In this document: piece after piece, positions 1 through 10,338 of the stretch | Position numbering within the stretch: position 1 is the first letter of the stretch | How the letters are laid out: each line of letters starts with the position of its first letter | From: Candidatus Altimarinota bacterium | Lineage (GTDB): Bacteria; Patescibacteriota; Gracilibacteria; CAIRYL01 | Assembly: GCA_965250085.1 (NCBI GenBank) | Contig: OZ252287.1 | Location: 864,001 to 928,000, forward strand | Direction of reading: 5' to 3' | Length of the DNA: 64,000 bases | Program-made: the position numbers and the translations under genes | Notes under the pieces: model-generated | The model's database searches: none | The model's input: the letters and a program-made list of their open reading frames with translations, nothing else | Told to the model about the DNA's origin: nothing

Positions 1-620
1 GAATGCGTCGCGTCAGAATCTTTTCGGAATACCTTCCCAGGGGCTATTATTCGAATCGGTGGCTTGTGAGATTCCATATATCGAATTTGAATCCCTGATG
101 TCTGAGTCCTGAGAACATGATCTTCCAATGGTTTTTTGAGCCAAAATGTATCCTGCATTTCCCGTGCAGGATGATGCTCAGGAATATTAAGCGCGTTGAA
201 GTTGTACCATTCATTTTCAATTTCCGGCCCTTCCGCTATTTCAAATCCCATGCGAGCAAACACTTCTTCGAGATGTTCAATATACGCATGAATGGGGTGC
301 CTCTTTGCATGCGTCACTTTTGGAGCCGGAAGCGTGACATCCATCCATTCTTTTTCTGCTAAATCATCTCCTGAGCCCTTTTCGAGCGCAAAAAATTGTT
401 CTGCAAGGAATCCTTCCAGTTCTTTTTTTGCCTCATTAGCGGCCTTCCCTGCTGCCGCCCGATCTTTTTGTGGAAGTGCAGAAACATTTCTCAAAAGTCC
501 CGTCAGCTCTCCTTTTCGTCCTAAATATTTCTTCTCCAAAATTTTGAGTTCTTCTTTTTCCGAAGCACCGGAAATCTCTTTCTTTGCTTTGCTGACTATT
601 GATTTAATATCGTCGAGCAT
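1..620 (-). CDS. pheS: Phenylalanine-tRNA ligase alpha subunit, 5' part (runs off the window start)
   Basis: Not in the ORF track. Manual minus-strand translation from ATG 620: MLDDIKSIV...KYLGRKGELT...RHPIHAYIEHLEEVFARMGFEIAEGPEIENEWYNFNALNIPEHHPAREMQDTFW; GGAG upstream. Confidence 0.95.
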   Translation of the reverse strand, partial: MLDDIKSIVSKAKKEISGASEKEELKILEKKYLGRKGELTGLLRNVSALPQKDRAAAGKAANEAKKELEGFLAEQFFALEKGSGDDLAEKEWMDVTLPAPKVTHAKRHPIHAYIEHLEEVFARMGFEIAEGPEIENEWYNFNALNIPEHHPAREMQDTFWLKKPLEDHVLRTQTSGIQIRYMESHKPPIRIIAPGKVFRKDSDATH

Positions 621-697
621 GTGTCTCCTTCAAAAAAGTTCTCTGGAATTTTCTCAAAAAAAGAAGAGAAGGGAAATGAGGAATATTTGAAAAATAT

Positions 698-985
698 TTA
701 GAAAAATAAATGGAAAATGGTATAGGCATAAGCAAAATATCCTGCCACATCAATGAGAATATTCAGTATCCAAAAATTAGGATTCAAGTTTTTCTCTATT
801 TTGTACTGTAAAGGCATAAACAAAACAGCAACTGCCCCACTTATTGCATAACCAAGTAGGAAATACAGAATTGTTTTGAACTGGAGAAATTCGGCAGAGG
901 TAGTAAAGAAAAGAATTGCAGAATAAATCGTAAAATAAATTACTCCTTTTTTGTATGCCCCGTATCTTGTTTGTAAATCGTACAT
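698..985 (-). CDS. Small hypothetical membrane protein (about 3 TM)
   Basis: 95-aa hydrophobic ORF, co-oriented between purQ and pheS. Confidence 0.6.
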   Translation of the reverse strand: MYDLQTRYGAYKKGVIYFTIYSAILFFTTSAEFLQFKTILYFLLGYAISGAVAVLFMPLQYKIEKNLNPNFWILNILIDVAGYFAYAYTIFHLFF

Positions 986-1043
986 AACCTAACTGATAAA
1001 CTCGTCAACGCTAGCATCACAATTCTTCTTAAGTCAACCCTGT

Positions 1044-1847
1044 CTAGCTAAAATACTTCACCGCATTCTCAAATATTTTTATACACGGATTGAGCTTTGG
1101 AAGATCTTTTCCTGCGCGCAGCAATTTCTCTTTTTCCAGTCCAAAATCGGGACGATTATAAAAAAACATACCGCGCTCTGGATGAGGCATCAGTCCCATA
1201 ATGCGTCCAGTTGGATCACACACTCCGGCAATATCCAGGAGTGATCCATTGGGATTGTGTGGTTCTTCCCCCTCTGCAGGAGAGCCGTCTTCTCTTACAT
1301 ATGTGAAAGCAATCTGATCATTCTTTTTGAGTTCCTTAAGGCTCTCTTCTTCCATATAAAAATTTCCTTCTCCGTGCGCGATGGGAACATAAAGTGTATC
1401 GATTCCTTGAGTAAAAATACACTTCTGAGATACAGGCTTGATATGCACCCAGCGACACGTATATCTTGCGTTTGTATTCGCCAGAAGTGCTGCCTGGCGT
1501 TCTCCATATTTTTGATCAAGTGCCGGCACGAGTCCCAGAGCTGTAATCATTTGAAATCCATTGCAAATTGCAAGCGTGAGCGTGTCTCGTGCCACGAACT
1601 CCAGAAGTTCCTCTCGCAAATTATTATATATTTTATTTGCCATCGCTTTCCCAGCACCAGTATCATCTCCATGAGCAAAGCCTCCAGGGACTGCAAGGAT
1701 CTGGTAGTCACTAAGCTTCCTCCGCCTATCAATGAGATCATTTACATGCACAATCTCTGCACTAGCCCCCTGCATATTAAATGCATATGCCGTTTCCTCT
1801 TCACAATTGATACCGTAGCCAGCAAGGACGAGTACACGAGGTTTCAT
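1044..1847 (-). CDS. purQ: Phosphoribosylformylglycinamidine synthase glutaminase subunit
   Basis: GINCEEET, PGGFAHGD, ICNGFQ, PIAHGEG, NPNGS and GLMPHPER motifs. Confidence 0.95.
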   Translation of the reverse strand: MKPRVLVLAGYGINCEEETAYAFNMQGASAEIVHVNDLIDRRRKLSDYQILAVPGGFAHGDDTGAGKAMANKIYNNLREELLEFVARDTLTLAICNGFQMITALGLVPALDQKYGERQAALLANTNARYTCRWVHIKPVSQKCIFTQGIDTLYVPIAHGEGNFYMEEESLKELKKNDQIAFTYVREDGSPAEGEEPHNPNGSLLDIAGVCDPTGRIMGLMPHPERGMFFYNRPDFGLEKEKLLRAGKDLPKLNPCIKIFENAVKYFS

Positions 1848-1856
1848 AGAAGTTTT

Positions 1857-1888
1857 AATTACGAATGGGCAATTACGAATTACGAATG
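1857..1888. repeat. Short heptamer tandem repeats (AATTACG-type) in the purL-purQ spacer
   Basis: aattacgaatgggcaattacgaattacgaatg. Confidence 0.6.
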
Positions 1889-1892
1889 AAAA

Positions 1893-4859
1893 TTAAACAT
1901 AAGATTGGAAAGGAGAGCGATAGGCTTGGGTCATCTGATCTACATTTGAATCAATAGCTTTTTCTCCGCTGAGTCCGGTGATCGTTATCTTTTGATCATC
2001 AGTTACCTTCCCCACCAGTTTTGCTTCCGGAAGTGCGGACTCAAATTCTTTTTGCTTCTTCGGATCTACCGAAACCGCAAAACGACTCTGTGACTCTGAA
2101 AATATCAGATAGTCATCTCGAGGACGCGTTGTCGCGTCTGGGCGATATGGCACTTCTCTCAAGTCAATTTCCATGCCAAGCTGTCCGCCAATCGCCATTT
2201 TCATAAGAGCCGTTCCCAAGCCTCCAATTGCGGGAGTGATGGCTGCAGATATAAGTCCTTTTTGACCCGCTGCATAAAAAAATTTATACCGCTTTAAAGC
2301 TTGCTCTGTATTTACCTGTGGAGCCTTCTCTCCAATTTGTTCATGCATTGCTGCATATTCACTTCCTCCCAGTTCATTTTTTGTTTCTCCAATGATATAC
2401 ATCAGATCGCCAGGAAATTTCACATCAAGTGAAATACATTTCTGTACGTCTTCTATGACTCCAATAGAGGAAATAAGAAGCGTAGGTGGTACTGAAATTG
2501 TTACTGGATTTTCGTTTTCATCAAATCCCTTAAAGTCATTAAACATGGAGTCTTTCCCGGAGATAAATGGAGTGCCGTACGCCGTCGCAGATTCATAGCA
2601 TCCGCGCGCTGCTTCTTTGAGTTGACCGAGTCTCTTGGGGTCATGAGAAGAGCACCAGCAAAAATTATCAAGTAGTGCGAGATACTCTGGATTTGCCCCT
2701 ACTGCAACAGATTGTCTTATGGCGGTATCGATGGCACAAGTTGCCATGTGATAGGTGTCGAGATCACTATATTTTGGATTCAGTGCCTGAGAGAGTACTA
2801 CCCCTCGGGAATTTCCAAGTACTGGCGCGCTCACAGAGGCAGAGCCATTCACCCTTCCCTTTCCTTGTAATGGTCCGATGACACCACTGCCTTGCACATT
2901 ATGATCATAGTGGAGAGAGATAAACTCATAGCTCGCAATATTTTTTCTTCCTATCATCTGAAGCATCTCCTGAGTAAGATCTGTAGGCATTGAGAGTTTC
3001 AAGACTCTCGATTGAACGTTTGGGACTTCCGTTTTTTGATGTTCCTGAGGCAATCCATTGTGGAGAAACTCCATGTCAAGATCTACAATCATTTCGCCAT
3101 TATGTTTTACTTGGCAACGAGGTTCTTTGGTAAATTTTCCAATGACCCATGCGTTTACTCCGCGCCGCAAAAAAAGCTCTAAGAGTTCGTCTGCTTTTTC
3201 TGGTAGCACTGACATGGTCATTCGTTCTTGTGACTCACTGATCCAAATTTCCCAAGGAGAAATATTAGGATATTTGAGCGGTACTTTTTCAAGGTCCACT
3301 ACGCACCCTCCACACTCACGTGCCATCTCTGCCACCGAACATGAGATCCCACCAGCTCCACAATCGGTAATGCTGTTATACAGCCCCAGATCACGAGCTT
3401 CTTTTACGAGGGCATCGCTCATTTTTTTCTGTGTAATGGGATCACCAATTTGTACCGCTGTCGCTGGAGATCCCGTATCAAGTGCTTCAGAAGAAAATGT
3501 TGCTCCATGGATTCCATCAAGTCCCACCTTTCCTCCTGACATGACGATCAAGTCCCCTGGATTGGCCGATTTTTCTGCACTTGGCAAGCATCCTACCTTC
3601 TGGGGAATCAGTCCCACAGTCCCAGCAAACACCAATGGCTTTCCTCGATATCGACTTTCAAAATAGATTCCTCCTTGAGGAGTGGGTATTCCTGATTCAT
3701 TACCACCGGTATATACACCCTCTACCACTCCCTCCATAATCTGTCGTGAACTGAGCGCTGGATTTTTTTTATTTTTTCCGCGATACAAAGGTCTTTCGTC
3801 ATCTATGTCTCCAAAGCAAAAAAAGTATCGGTTGAGTATTGGCTTTGCCCCCTTTCCAAACCCAAGCACATCACGATTGACCCCTACTATTCCAGTAATT
3901 GCTCCGCCAAAGGGATCGAGTGCAGAAGGACTATTATGCGTTTCTACTTTATCCGCTACCAAGTATTCATCATCAAAAATAATTCCTCCTGCGTTATCAC
4001 TAAATACTGAAATACAAAAATCATTTTCTCCTTTTTGTTTTCTTACTTCCTGAGTCGCTCTCTTTATATAGTGCCTATAAATTCCATCTTCAATTTCATC
4101 CATAGGATCAGCAAAGATAGTATGCTTGCAATGTTCAGACCAGGTCTGAGCGATTGCCTCGAGCTCAACATCAGTTGGATTTCTTCCTTCCTTTCTGAAA
4201 TACTCACGAATCACTGTGAGATAGTTCAAGCTGAGCGCAAGGGGTCCGCGAAATGTTCCATCTGTATTTTTGATTCCTTTTTTCCCCAGTTCAATCAGCT
4301 CCTTATCAGATATTTCCAGATTCACTTCATCTGCTCTTGGGGTGTGATGCAGATCAACTTTTGGAATGAGGAGATCCATGCCTCCATCTTTTTCAAACTC
4401 TTCTCGAGATTTGATATGGATCCTTTGAATGAGAGAATTCGCCATTGAATTAGCAATTATTTCCACATTTTTTCGATCTAAATTTCCACGAAGAAATGTA
4501 ATTTGTGAAAAATACACCGCTTCATCCGGATGATGAAGTTTTGTTTTTAAAAGATCTTCAATACTTTCGGTCACGGTATGGGCAACGTTATCAGTTACTC
4601 CGGGTAAAAATCCAATTTCTATCGCATAGTCAAAATCATCTATTTTGACTGAGTCAAAAGTATATTCCTCAAAAAGAGGGTTGGTGAGCATCGTACCAAT
4701 TTTATTTTTTTGTGTATCAGAAAAGTTCCTTGTAATTGTATAAACATCTACTATTTGAGCTTTTTGCACGTTGTACCCGCTTGCTTGAAGTCGTTTGAGA
4801 CGCATGAGAGCTCTGGTGTCCTTGACCGTATTTTTGATCTCAAGACGAAATGCACTCAT
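1893..4859 (-). CDS. purL: Phosphoribosylformylglycinamidine synthase PurL with an N-terminal PurS-like extension
   Basis: AQTWSEHCKH, DNAG, KVETHNSPS, DGIHGAT, DCGAGG, SESQERM and ISGKDS motifs; about 200 extra N-terminal residues (PGVTDN). Confidence 0.95.
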   Translation of the reverse strand: MSAFRLEIKNTVKDTRALMRLKRLQASGYNVQKAQIVDVYTITRNFSDTQKNKIGTMLTNPLFEEYTFDSVKIDDFDYAIEIGFLPGVTDNVAHTVTESIEDLLKTKLHHPDEAVYFSQITFLRGNLDRKNVEIIANSMANSLIQRIHIKSREEFEKDGGMDLLIPKVDLHHTPRADEVNLEISDKELIELGKKGIKNTDGTFRGPLALSLNYLTVIREYFRKEGRNPTDVELEAIAQTWSEHCKHTIFADPMDEIEDGIYRHYIKRATQEVRKQKGENDFCISVFSDNAGGIIFDDEYLVADKVETHNSPSALDPFGGAITGIVGVNRDVLGFGKGAKPILNRYFFCFGDIDDERPLYRGKNKKNPALSSRQIMEGVVEGVYTGGNESGIPTPQGGIYFESRYRGKPLVFAGTVGLIPQKVGCLPSAEKSANPGDLIVMSGGKVGLDGIHGATFSSEALDTGSPATAVQIGDPITQKKMSDALVKEARDLGLYNSITDCGAGGISCSVAEMARECGGCVVDLEKVPLKYPNISPWEIWISESQERMTMSVLPEKADELLELFLRRGVNAWVIGKFTKEPRCQVKHNGEMIVDLDMEFLHNGLPQEHQKTEVPNVQSRVLKLSMPTDLTQEMLQMIGRKNIASYEFISLHYDHNVQGSGVIGPLQGKGRVNGSASVSAPVLGNSRGVVLSQALNPKYSDLDTYHMATCAIDTAIRQSVAVGANPEYLALLDNFCWCSSHDPKRLGQLKEAARGCYESATAYGTPFISGKDSMFNDFKGFDENENPVTISVPPTLLISSIGVIEDVQKCISLDVKFPGDLMYIIGETKNELGGSEYAAMHEQIGEKAPQVNTEQALKRYKFFYAAGQKGLISAAITPAIGGLGTALMKMAIGGQLGMEIDLREVPYRPDATTRPRDDYLIFSESQSRFAVSVDPKKQKEFESALPEAKLVGKVTDDQKITITGLSGEKAIDSNVDQMTQAYRSPFQSYV

Positions 4860-4954
4860 GTATCAAAATTATCAAAAAGCCCCTGCATTTCTATCGTATC
4901 AAACATACGATATTGGGAAAGAGATTTTTATTTTTTTTTACTCTTTTTGCTTCT

Positions 4955-6232
4955 CTACAAAAAATCTTCGAAGGAATTTCTTGAAACTGCATCTTCTGGG
5001 AAAAAAATTATTCTTTCTGCAACTCTCCTTCTAAGAGTTCCTTTTTGTGTCAAAAGAAGCTTTTTTATTTCCTCATTTTGTACTCCGAGATCATAAAAAA
5101 ATCTCTCAAATTTCTCTCGTGTAGATTCATAATCTGATCCTGTTATACCAAAAAATCCTCCATTTTGAAGTGCTTGTATCCCCATTGGGGAATCATTTGA
5201 AGGACTGTCTCCAAATACAATTTTGAGTTTTTTTCCAGTTTCTATCTGTACACTCTCCAACTTCTTAACCTTCTGATTTCCCAGCAATGGAGAACCCTTT
5301 GTTCTTGCCTGAAGTCGCTGTGTTCTTTTCTTTTTTTGCATTGTACCAAGAACTGCGTTTTTTCTTCCTTCTTTAATCCAAAAGTAGGGGCTCATCTTTA
5401 ATGCTGTGGTGGCAATCCTTTGCAAATTAGTGGTGACCACTCGTATATCAGACCCACGAAACAAACCTAGCTCTGTTAATGCATGATGAATGCTCGCATT
5501 AATGCGAATAACTCTTGTCACCACAAGATCTGGAAGTTCTATTATTTGATCTGCGTGTTTCTTATTTTTTTCATGTGTTTTAAGAGTTATCTGATCTCCT
5601 TCGTCTCGTGTTTTTTCCATTACTTTTCGTGTAATATCTCGCACCATATCTAAATTCTTTCCTGCAAAAAATCGTGTTCTGAGGAGTAATTCTTTATTCA
5701 GGAGAGAGGAAAGTATATCGTCTAAGTGAAATACAAGGTTGTCGAATTCAATCATCTTCCGGGCAAATTCATTAACTATTGCATTGTTTGCTAGTTGATT
5801 ATTTCCGTTCAATCCTTGTTTCTGAGCCTGTTTTTTTGCCGTGTAAAGGCAAACAATATCTTCCCAAAGAAGGAGTATTGTTAAACATATATCTTTATTA
5901 AGCGCATTGATATCAATCACTTTTCCCCCATTTATTCGAACAGTTCCTTGATTATTAAGCCTTGCTCTAATGATTTTCTCATATGTAATTGGTAATAACA
6001 GCCTCTTGAATTTTTCAACGGAAAACGTCCAAAAGGAAGGGTCTCCAAGTTTTTCTAAAAATACATGCCTCCCAATGTCTTCGGGAAACATGGTGCCGTC
6101 CATATCACTTGCTACAAGGCTTTTTCTGAGCTCATCAGAGGAAAAATACTCTAAGAGAAGTTCAGAAAAATTAGATTCTCCATCAGTTTGATGTTCATCA
6201 GCAAAGGTTCGTATCTCCAAATATGCAGACAT
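4955..6232 (-). CDS. HAD-superfamily hydrolase-like protein
   Basis: Motif I-like VASDMDGTM, motif II-like VVTT, motif IV-like FGDSPSND; very AT-rich. Confidence 0.55.
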   Translation of the reverse strand: MSAYLEIRTFADEHQTDGESNFSELLLEYFSSDELRKSLVASDMDGTMFPEDIGRHVFLEKLGDPSFWTFSVEKFKRLLLPITYEKIIRARLNNQGTVRINGGKVIDINALNKDICLTILLLWEDIVCLYTAKKQAQKQGLNGNNQLANNAIVNEFARKMIEFDNLVFHLDDILSSLLNKELLLRTRFFAGKNLDMVRDITRKVMEKTRDEGDQITLKTHEKNKKHADQIIELPDLVVTRVIRINASIHHALTELGLFRGSDIRVVTTNLQRIATTALKMSPYFWIKEGRKNAVLGTMQKKKRTQRLQARTKGSPLLGNQKVKKLESVQIETGKKLKIVFGDSPSNDSPMGIQALQNGGFFGITGSDYESTREKFERFFYDLGVQNEEIKKLLLTQKGTLRRRVAERIIFFPEDAVSRNSFEDFL

Positions 6233-6326
6233 TGTAGATATAATATTTATTACATTATTAATATATTTTTTTATTTTGTCAATCTAAACTCCCCCCTCAA
6301 CACCAGACGAACAAGGTGACTTCGTT

Positions 6327-8240
6327 TTACTCCATAAAATTATTTATTTTTTCAGCAATGTGTTTTGCAGAAATACCTGCCGAATCATACAGCTCCAACG
6401 GTTTTCCCGAGAGCTGGTATTCTCTGGGGCCCATCGTTAAAAATGTGTCGACTTCAAGATTATTCTCAGCAATATATCGAGCTATTTGAGATCCAAATCC
6501 AGAAAGAATATTGTGATCTTCCGTAGTGATTACCTTCTTGGTTTTCTGAATCGATTTTTTGAGGGTGTCATCAAATTGTTTTAGGCTACTGACAATTATG
6601 ATCTCAACAGAGATTCCTTCCTTTTTAAGTTTTTCACGCGCACTGAATGCTTCGTGCACCAAAGGTCCACTGGCCACAATGGTGATATCTGTTCCTTCTC
6701 TCAGGAGATCACATTTGCCGTGTTCATATATATAGTTTTCATCAAAAAAGAGTTCTCCGTTTTCTTTGGTGAGAGGCGAGAGTTTATGTCGCCCCATGCG
6801 CACGTAAAAGTTTCCGTAGTGAGAAACTATATATCGAATAATACGATCGCAATGATTTGGATCTGCTGGTTCAATCACGTATGTGTGAAACATTCCCAAA
6901 AATGATCCCATGTCATCAATCGCCTGATGAGTTGGTCCATCTTCTCCAACCGAAAGTCCACAATGGGTCGATACCATTTTAACATTTGTGTGGTTGATAT
7001 CATTCACTCGTGCCTGATCTTTTGCCCGCGAGGAAGCAAATGCACCAAATGTGGAAGAGAACGGAATATATCCTGCAAGCGAAAGTCCTCCAGCGCATGA
7101 CACCATGTGCTGCTCAGCGATACCGACTTCTATATGTTGATTGGGGAGTTCTGCTTTGACAAACTTGGTCATAACCGATCCTCCCAGATCTGCCGTCATG
7201 GCAATAATATTTTTGTTTCTTTTTGCCAGATCAAGGAGCGCTTTTCCATAGGACCCTCGGCAATCGGTAATCTCATCGTAGAGAAAAGGCTCCCCTACTT
7301 CTATATCTGAAATAGGACTCAGGTCATCAGGAAAATCAGCATGTTTTGGAGTATAAGAAACTTCCTTGCGAAATGCATCGAGAGTAGCTTGTTCTTCTTC
7401 AGAAGTCTCAAGTGATTTGAGGATTTCATCACACTCTTCTGGCTTTGGCGCTTTTCCATGCCAAGTAGCTTTATGATCCTGTCCATCCGGCTCCATGAAA
7501 CCTACCCCTTTTCCCATAATGGTATTTCCGACCAAAACAACAGGTTTGCTCGTGATTTCATATGCTTGTCCAAGTGCTTCCCACATATTTTCATAGTCAT
7601 GACCATCCACCTCTATTACATGCCATCCAGCGGCAGCGAATACCTTGGAAATATCAATCGGCATGATCTCTTCTAAGCTGTCAGTGAGTTGTACTTTGTT
7701 ATAATCCACAAATGTAATCAGATTTTTCAGTCTGTATTTATGTGCAAAATGAATCATTTCGTGAACAATTCCTTCCTGACACTCTCCATCACCCAGAAGT
7801 GCAAATACCTTTTCTCCAGAATTTTTATATTCCTCTGCCATCGCAAATCCTGTTGCTACAGATCCTCCAATACCGAGTGGTCCGGTACCATACCAAATCC
7901 CTGGCACGTGCCTGGTTACATGTCCTTCATAGATTTTTCCTATTTTTCGAAAATCACGAATGACTTCTTCTTTTGGGATCCATCCCATCTCCGCAAGCAC
8001 GGAGTATACCCCTGGCGAAATATGCCCATTGGACACCACTACTTTTTCTCCGGTGGCACCAATAATTCCTGCGTACAACAGTGTTAAGTAATCTAAGGAA
8101 GAAAGCGATCCGCCTGGATGACCACTCTGCGAATTTTTGAGCATAGCAATAATGCTGTGTCGGCAAGAAGTGGTAAATGATTTTAGGAACTGAAGATCTT
8201 CTTCTGAGAGTTTGTGACCGAGCTTTGGAGAGAAGGACAT
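6327..8240 (-). CDS. tkt: Transketolase, single chain
   Basis: SGHPGGSLS, TPP motif GDGECQEG...N, WHGKAP, GIAEQ, GEDGPTHQ. Confidence 0.9.
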   Translation of the reverse strand: MSFSPKLGHKLSEEDLQFLKSFTTSCRHSIIAMLKNSQSGHPGGSLSSLDYLTLLYAGIIGATGEKVVVSNGHISPGVYSVLAEMGWIPKEEVIRDFRKIGKIYEGHVTRHVPGIWYGTGPLGIGGSVATGFAMAEEYKNSGEKVFALLGDGECQEGIVHEMIHFAHKYRLKNLITFVDYNKVQLTDSLEEIMPIDISKVFAAAGWHVIEVDGHDYENMWEALGQAYEITSKPVVLVGNTIMGKGVGFMEPDGQDHKATWHGKAPKPEECDEILKSLETSEEEQATLDAFRKEVSYTPKHADFPDDLSPISDIEVGEPFLYDEITDCRGSYGKALLDLAKRNKNIIAMTADLGGSVMTKFVKAELPNQHIEVGIAEQHMVSCAGGLSLAGYIPFSSTFGAFASSRAKDQARVNDINHTNVKMVSTHCGLSVGEDGPTHQAIDDMGSFLGMFHTYVIEPADPNHCDRIIRYIVSHYGNFYVRMGRHKLSPLTKENGELFFDENYIYEHGKCDLLREGTDITIVASGPLVHEAFSAREKLKKEGISVEIIIVSSLKQFDDTLKKSIQKTKKVITTEDHNILSGFGSQIARYIAENNLEVDTFLTMGPREYQLSGKPLELYDSAGISAKHIAEKINNFME

Positions 8241-8356
8241 AAAAAAGAATTTTAAATGAATATTGAATTATGAATTTTGAATTGTTGATTGTATTTTCCG
8301 GATTTTAGGAGCAAAAAGAAAGTATTTTCTCATAGTTTTGTTATTTTTTTTCTTCC

Positions 8357-8386
8357 TGTAGGGGCTGAAGATTTTCAGCCTCTACA
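8357..8386. repeat. GTAG-type REP-like palindrome
   Basis: TGTAGGGGCTGAA-gatt-TTCAGCCTCTACA; heptamer-like repeats nearby (about 8263-8290 and 8403-8422). Confidence 0.6.
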
Positions 8387-8468
8387 ATTTTAGGAAACTT
8401 TCGACTTTTGACTTTTGACTTTCACCTTGCTTCTCCGGCACAATATTCACGATTTTTTTACTCTGGAC

Positions 8469-9242
8469 GTGTCAAAAAAAAGAGCAATTGTCAAAGTCGG
8501 CACCGCCCTTACTACTATGAAGGACGGAAGGCTCAATCTTCCCTTTCTTGCCAATCTTACTGAAGAGCTCAGTCATATTCATGGAGAACATTATGAAATA
8601 GTGCTGGTAAGCTCTGGTGCCGTGGCAGCAGGAAGAAGGAGTCTCTACCACTCTGTACATGAAGTCACTAATCGACAAGCTCTCTCTTGTCTCGGGCAAC
8701 CGCTTCTCATGGACTATTATCGAGATTTTTTTGGTGTTCATGACAAGCATGTAGGGCAGTGCCTCTTTACTACTCGCGATTTCGAGAGTGATGACGCTCT
8801 ACGAATCATGAAAAATGTCTTAAATGAACTTTTGGAAGCGGGTGTAATCCCCGTTCTCAACGAAAACGATGCGGCTTCTGACATTGAGATGAAGTATGGG
8901 GATAACGATCAGCTCGCTTCACGAATAGCTATTTTAATTGATGCTGATGTGATGATTCTCCTCTCTGACGTAGAGGGTTTCTATGACAAAGATCCTCAAA
9001 CTAACGACAATGCTCAAATTGTTACAGAAGTTACTAAAATTACTCCAGAAATTGAACAAATGGCGGGAGACAAGGTTTCTGAGCATTCTATGGGCGGCAT
9101 GAAATCAAAAATGAGAGCGATTAAGCGAGCAGTTGGAGCTGGCATTCCGGCATATCTTGCCTCTGGAAGAAAGCCAGGTGTTTTGACAAACATCCTTCTC
9201 GAGGAGAAAAAGGAAGGATCATATTTTCATGCACAAAAGTAA
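8469..9242 (+). CDS. proB: Glutamate 5-kinase (no PUA domain)
   Basis: IVKVGT, VSSGAVAAG, PVLNENDA, GDNDQLA, GGMKSK; probable GTG start at 8469. Confidence 0.9.
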   Translation: MSKKRAIVKVGTALTTMKDGRLNLPFLANLTEELSHIHGEHYEIVLVSSGAVAAGRRSLYHSVHEVTNRQALSCLGQPLLMDYYRDFFGVHDKHVGQCLFTTRDFESDDALRIMKNVLNELLEAGVIPVLNENDAASDIEMKYGDNDQLASRIAILIDADVMILLSDVEGFYDKDPQTNDNAQIVTEVTKITPEIEQMAGDKVSEHSMGGMKSKMRAIKRAVGAGIPAYLASGRKPGVLTNILLEEKKEGSYFHAQK

Positions 9243-9732
9243 CGTGGCGATACGACTTTTTGTCACTGGCGGAACATTTGATAAAAAATATGATGAGCTC
9301 ACTGGAAAGCTTATTTTTCAAGGCACTCATGTGGATAAAATTTTGCAAAAAGGCCGTTCATCGCTTGATGTACATATTACTACCTTGATGATGATTGATA
9401 GCTTGGACATGAAAGAAACAGAACGACATGCAATTGCGAATAATTGCGAAAACGCTCAGGAAGATAAAATTATTATTACTCATGGCACTGATACTATGGT
9501 AGAAACTGCAAAAATAATTGCTAAAACTGTTTCCGATAAAACCATTATTTTGACAGGCGCTATGATCCCTTATGCATTTGGACATTCTGATGGATTTTTT
9601 AACCTGGGATGTGCTCTCGCTTTTGTCCAAACCCTTCCCAATGGCGTGTATATTGCTATGAACGGGGAATATTTTTCTTGGGACGATGTGCAAAAGGATA
9701 AAGAAAAAGGTATATTCAAAAGAGTGAAATAA
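9229..9732 (+). CDS. Short asparaginase-domain protein
   Basis: TGGTFDK, ITHGTDTM, LTGAMIP. Confidence 0.85.
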   Translation: MHKSNVAIRLFVTGGTFDKKYDELTGKLIFQGTHVDKILQKGRSSLDVHITTLMMIDSLDMKETERHAIANNCENAQEDKIIITHGTDTMVETAKIIAKTVSDKTIILTGAMIPYAFGHSDGFFNLGCALAFVQTLPNGVYIAMNGEYFSWDDVQKDKEKGIFKRVK

Positions 9733-9752
9733 GGTGTGTATTTAGTTTTTAT

Positions 9753-10307
9753 ATGATCGCTTTCCTTTCTGGAACCATCACAGCCAAAGAAGCACATGCA
9801 CTTCTTCTTAATGTGCAGGGGGTGGGATATCGAGTGTTTTGTTCACTCGAAGTAATTGCAAGTGCCAAGAAGGGTCAGGAGATATTCGTCCACATACATC
9901 ATCACATCACCGAGAGTGACATGTCACTCTATGGATTTGCCAAAAAAGAAGATCTCGAGTTTTTTGAAAAACTGATCTCTATCTCTGGCATCGGCCCCAA
10001 GATCGCATTGGGAATTTTGGAGTCTCCCAGCAATTTGGTAAAAAGAGCATTGGAAGATGGAGATGTGAGCTTTCTGAAATCACTCAAGGGAATTGGCAAA
10101 AAAACGGCTGAGCGAATGGTGGTGGAACTTCGCGGCAATCTTCCTCTTTCTGATGAAGCAAGTGCTCTCCCCTCAGAAGTGGTTGAAGCTCTTTCGGACC
10201 TTGGATTTGAGCGCATGCATATCCAAAAAGCATTTCAGAACCTTCCGGGCACCCTTAATTCTTCTGAGGAAATGGTAAAATGGTTTTTGCAAAATCATGC
10301 CCTCTAG
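9753..10307 (+). CDS. ruvA: Holliday junction branch migration protein RuvA
   Basis: MIAFLSG, GVGY, LYGF, HhH motifs ISGIGPK and GIGKKTAER. Confidence 0.95.
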   Translation: MIAFLSGTITAKEAHALLLNVQGVGYRVFCSLEVIASAKKGQEIFVHIHHHITESDMSLYGFAKKEDLEFFEKLISISGIGPKIALGILESPSNLVKRALEDGDVSFLKSLKGIGKKTAERMVVELRGNLPLSDEASALPSEVVEALSDLGFERMHIQKAFQNLPGTLNSSEEMVKWFLQNHAL

Positions 10308-10338
10308 CGTATAACAAGCATGTACCTTTTTTCATTGC

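Noticed and set aside
117-690. Plus-strand ORFs 117-362 and 292-690, and the many other antisense or overlapping ORFs in the track (for example 11941-12885, 48454-49290, 56462-57076)
   Set aside because: Shadow frames of well-supported genes on the opposite strand or in another frame, with no motifs.
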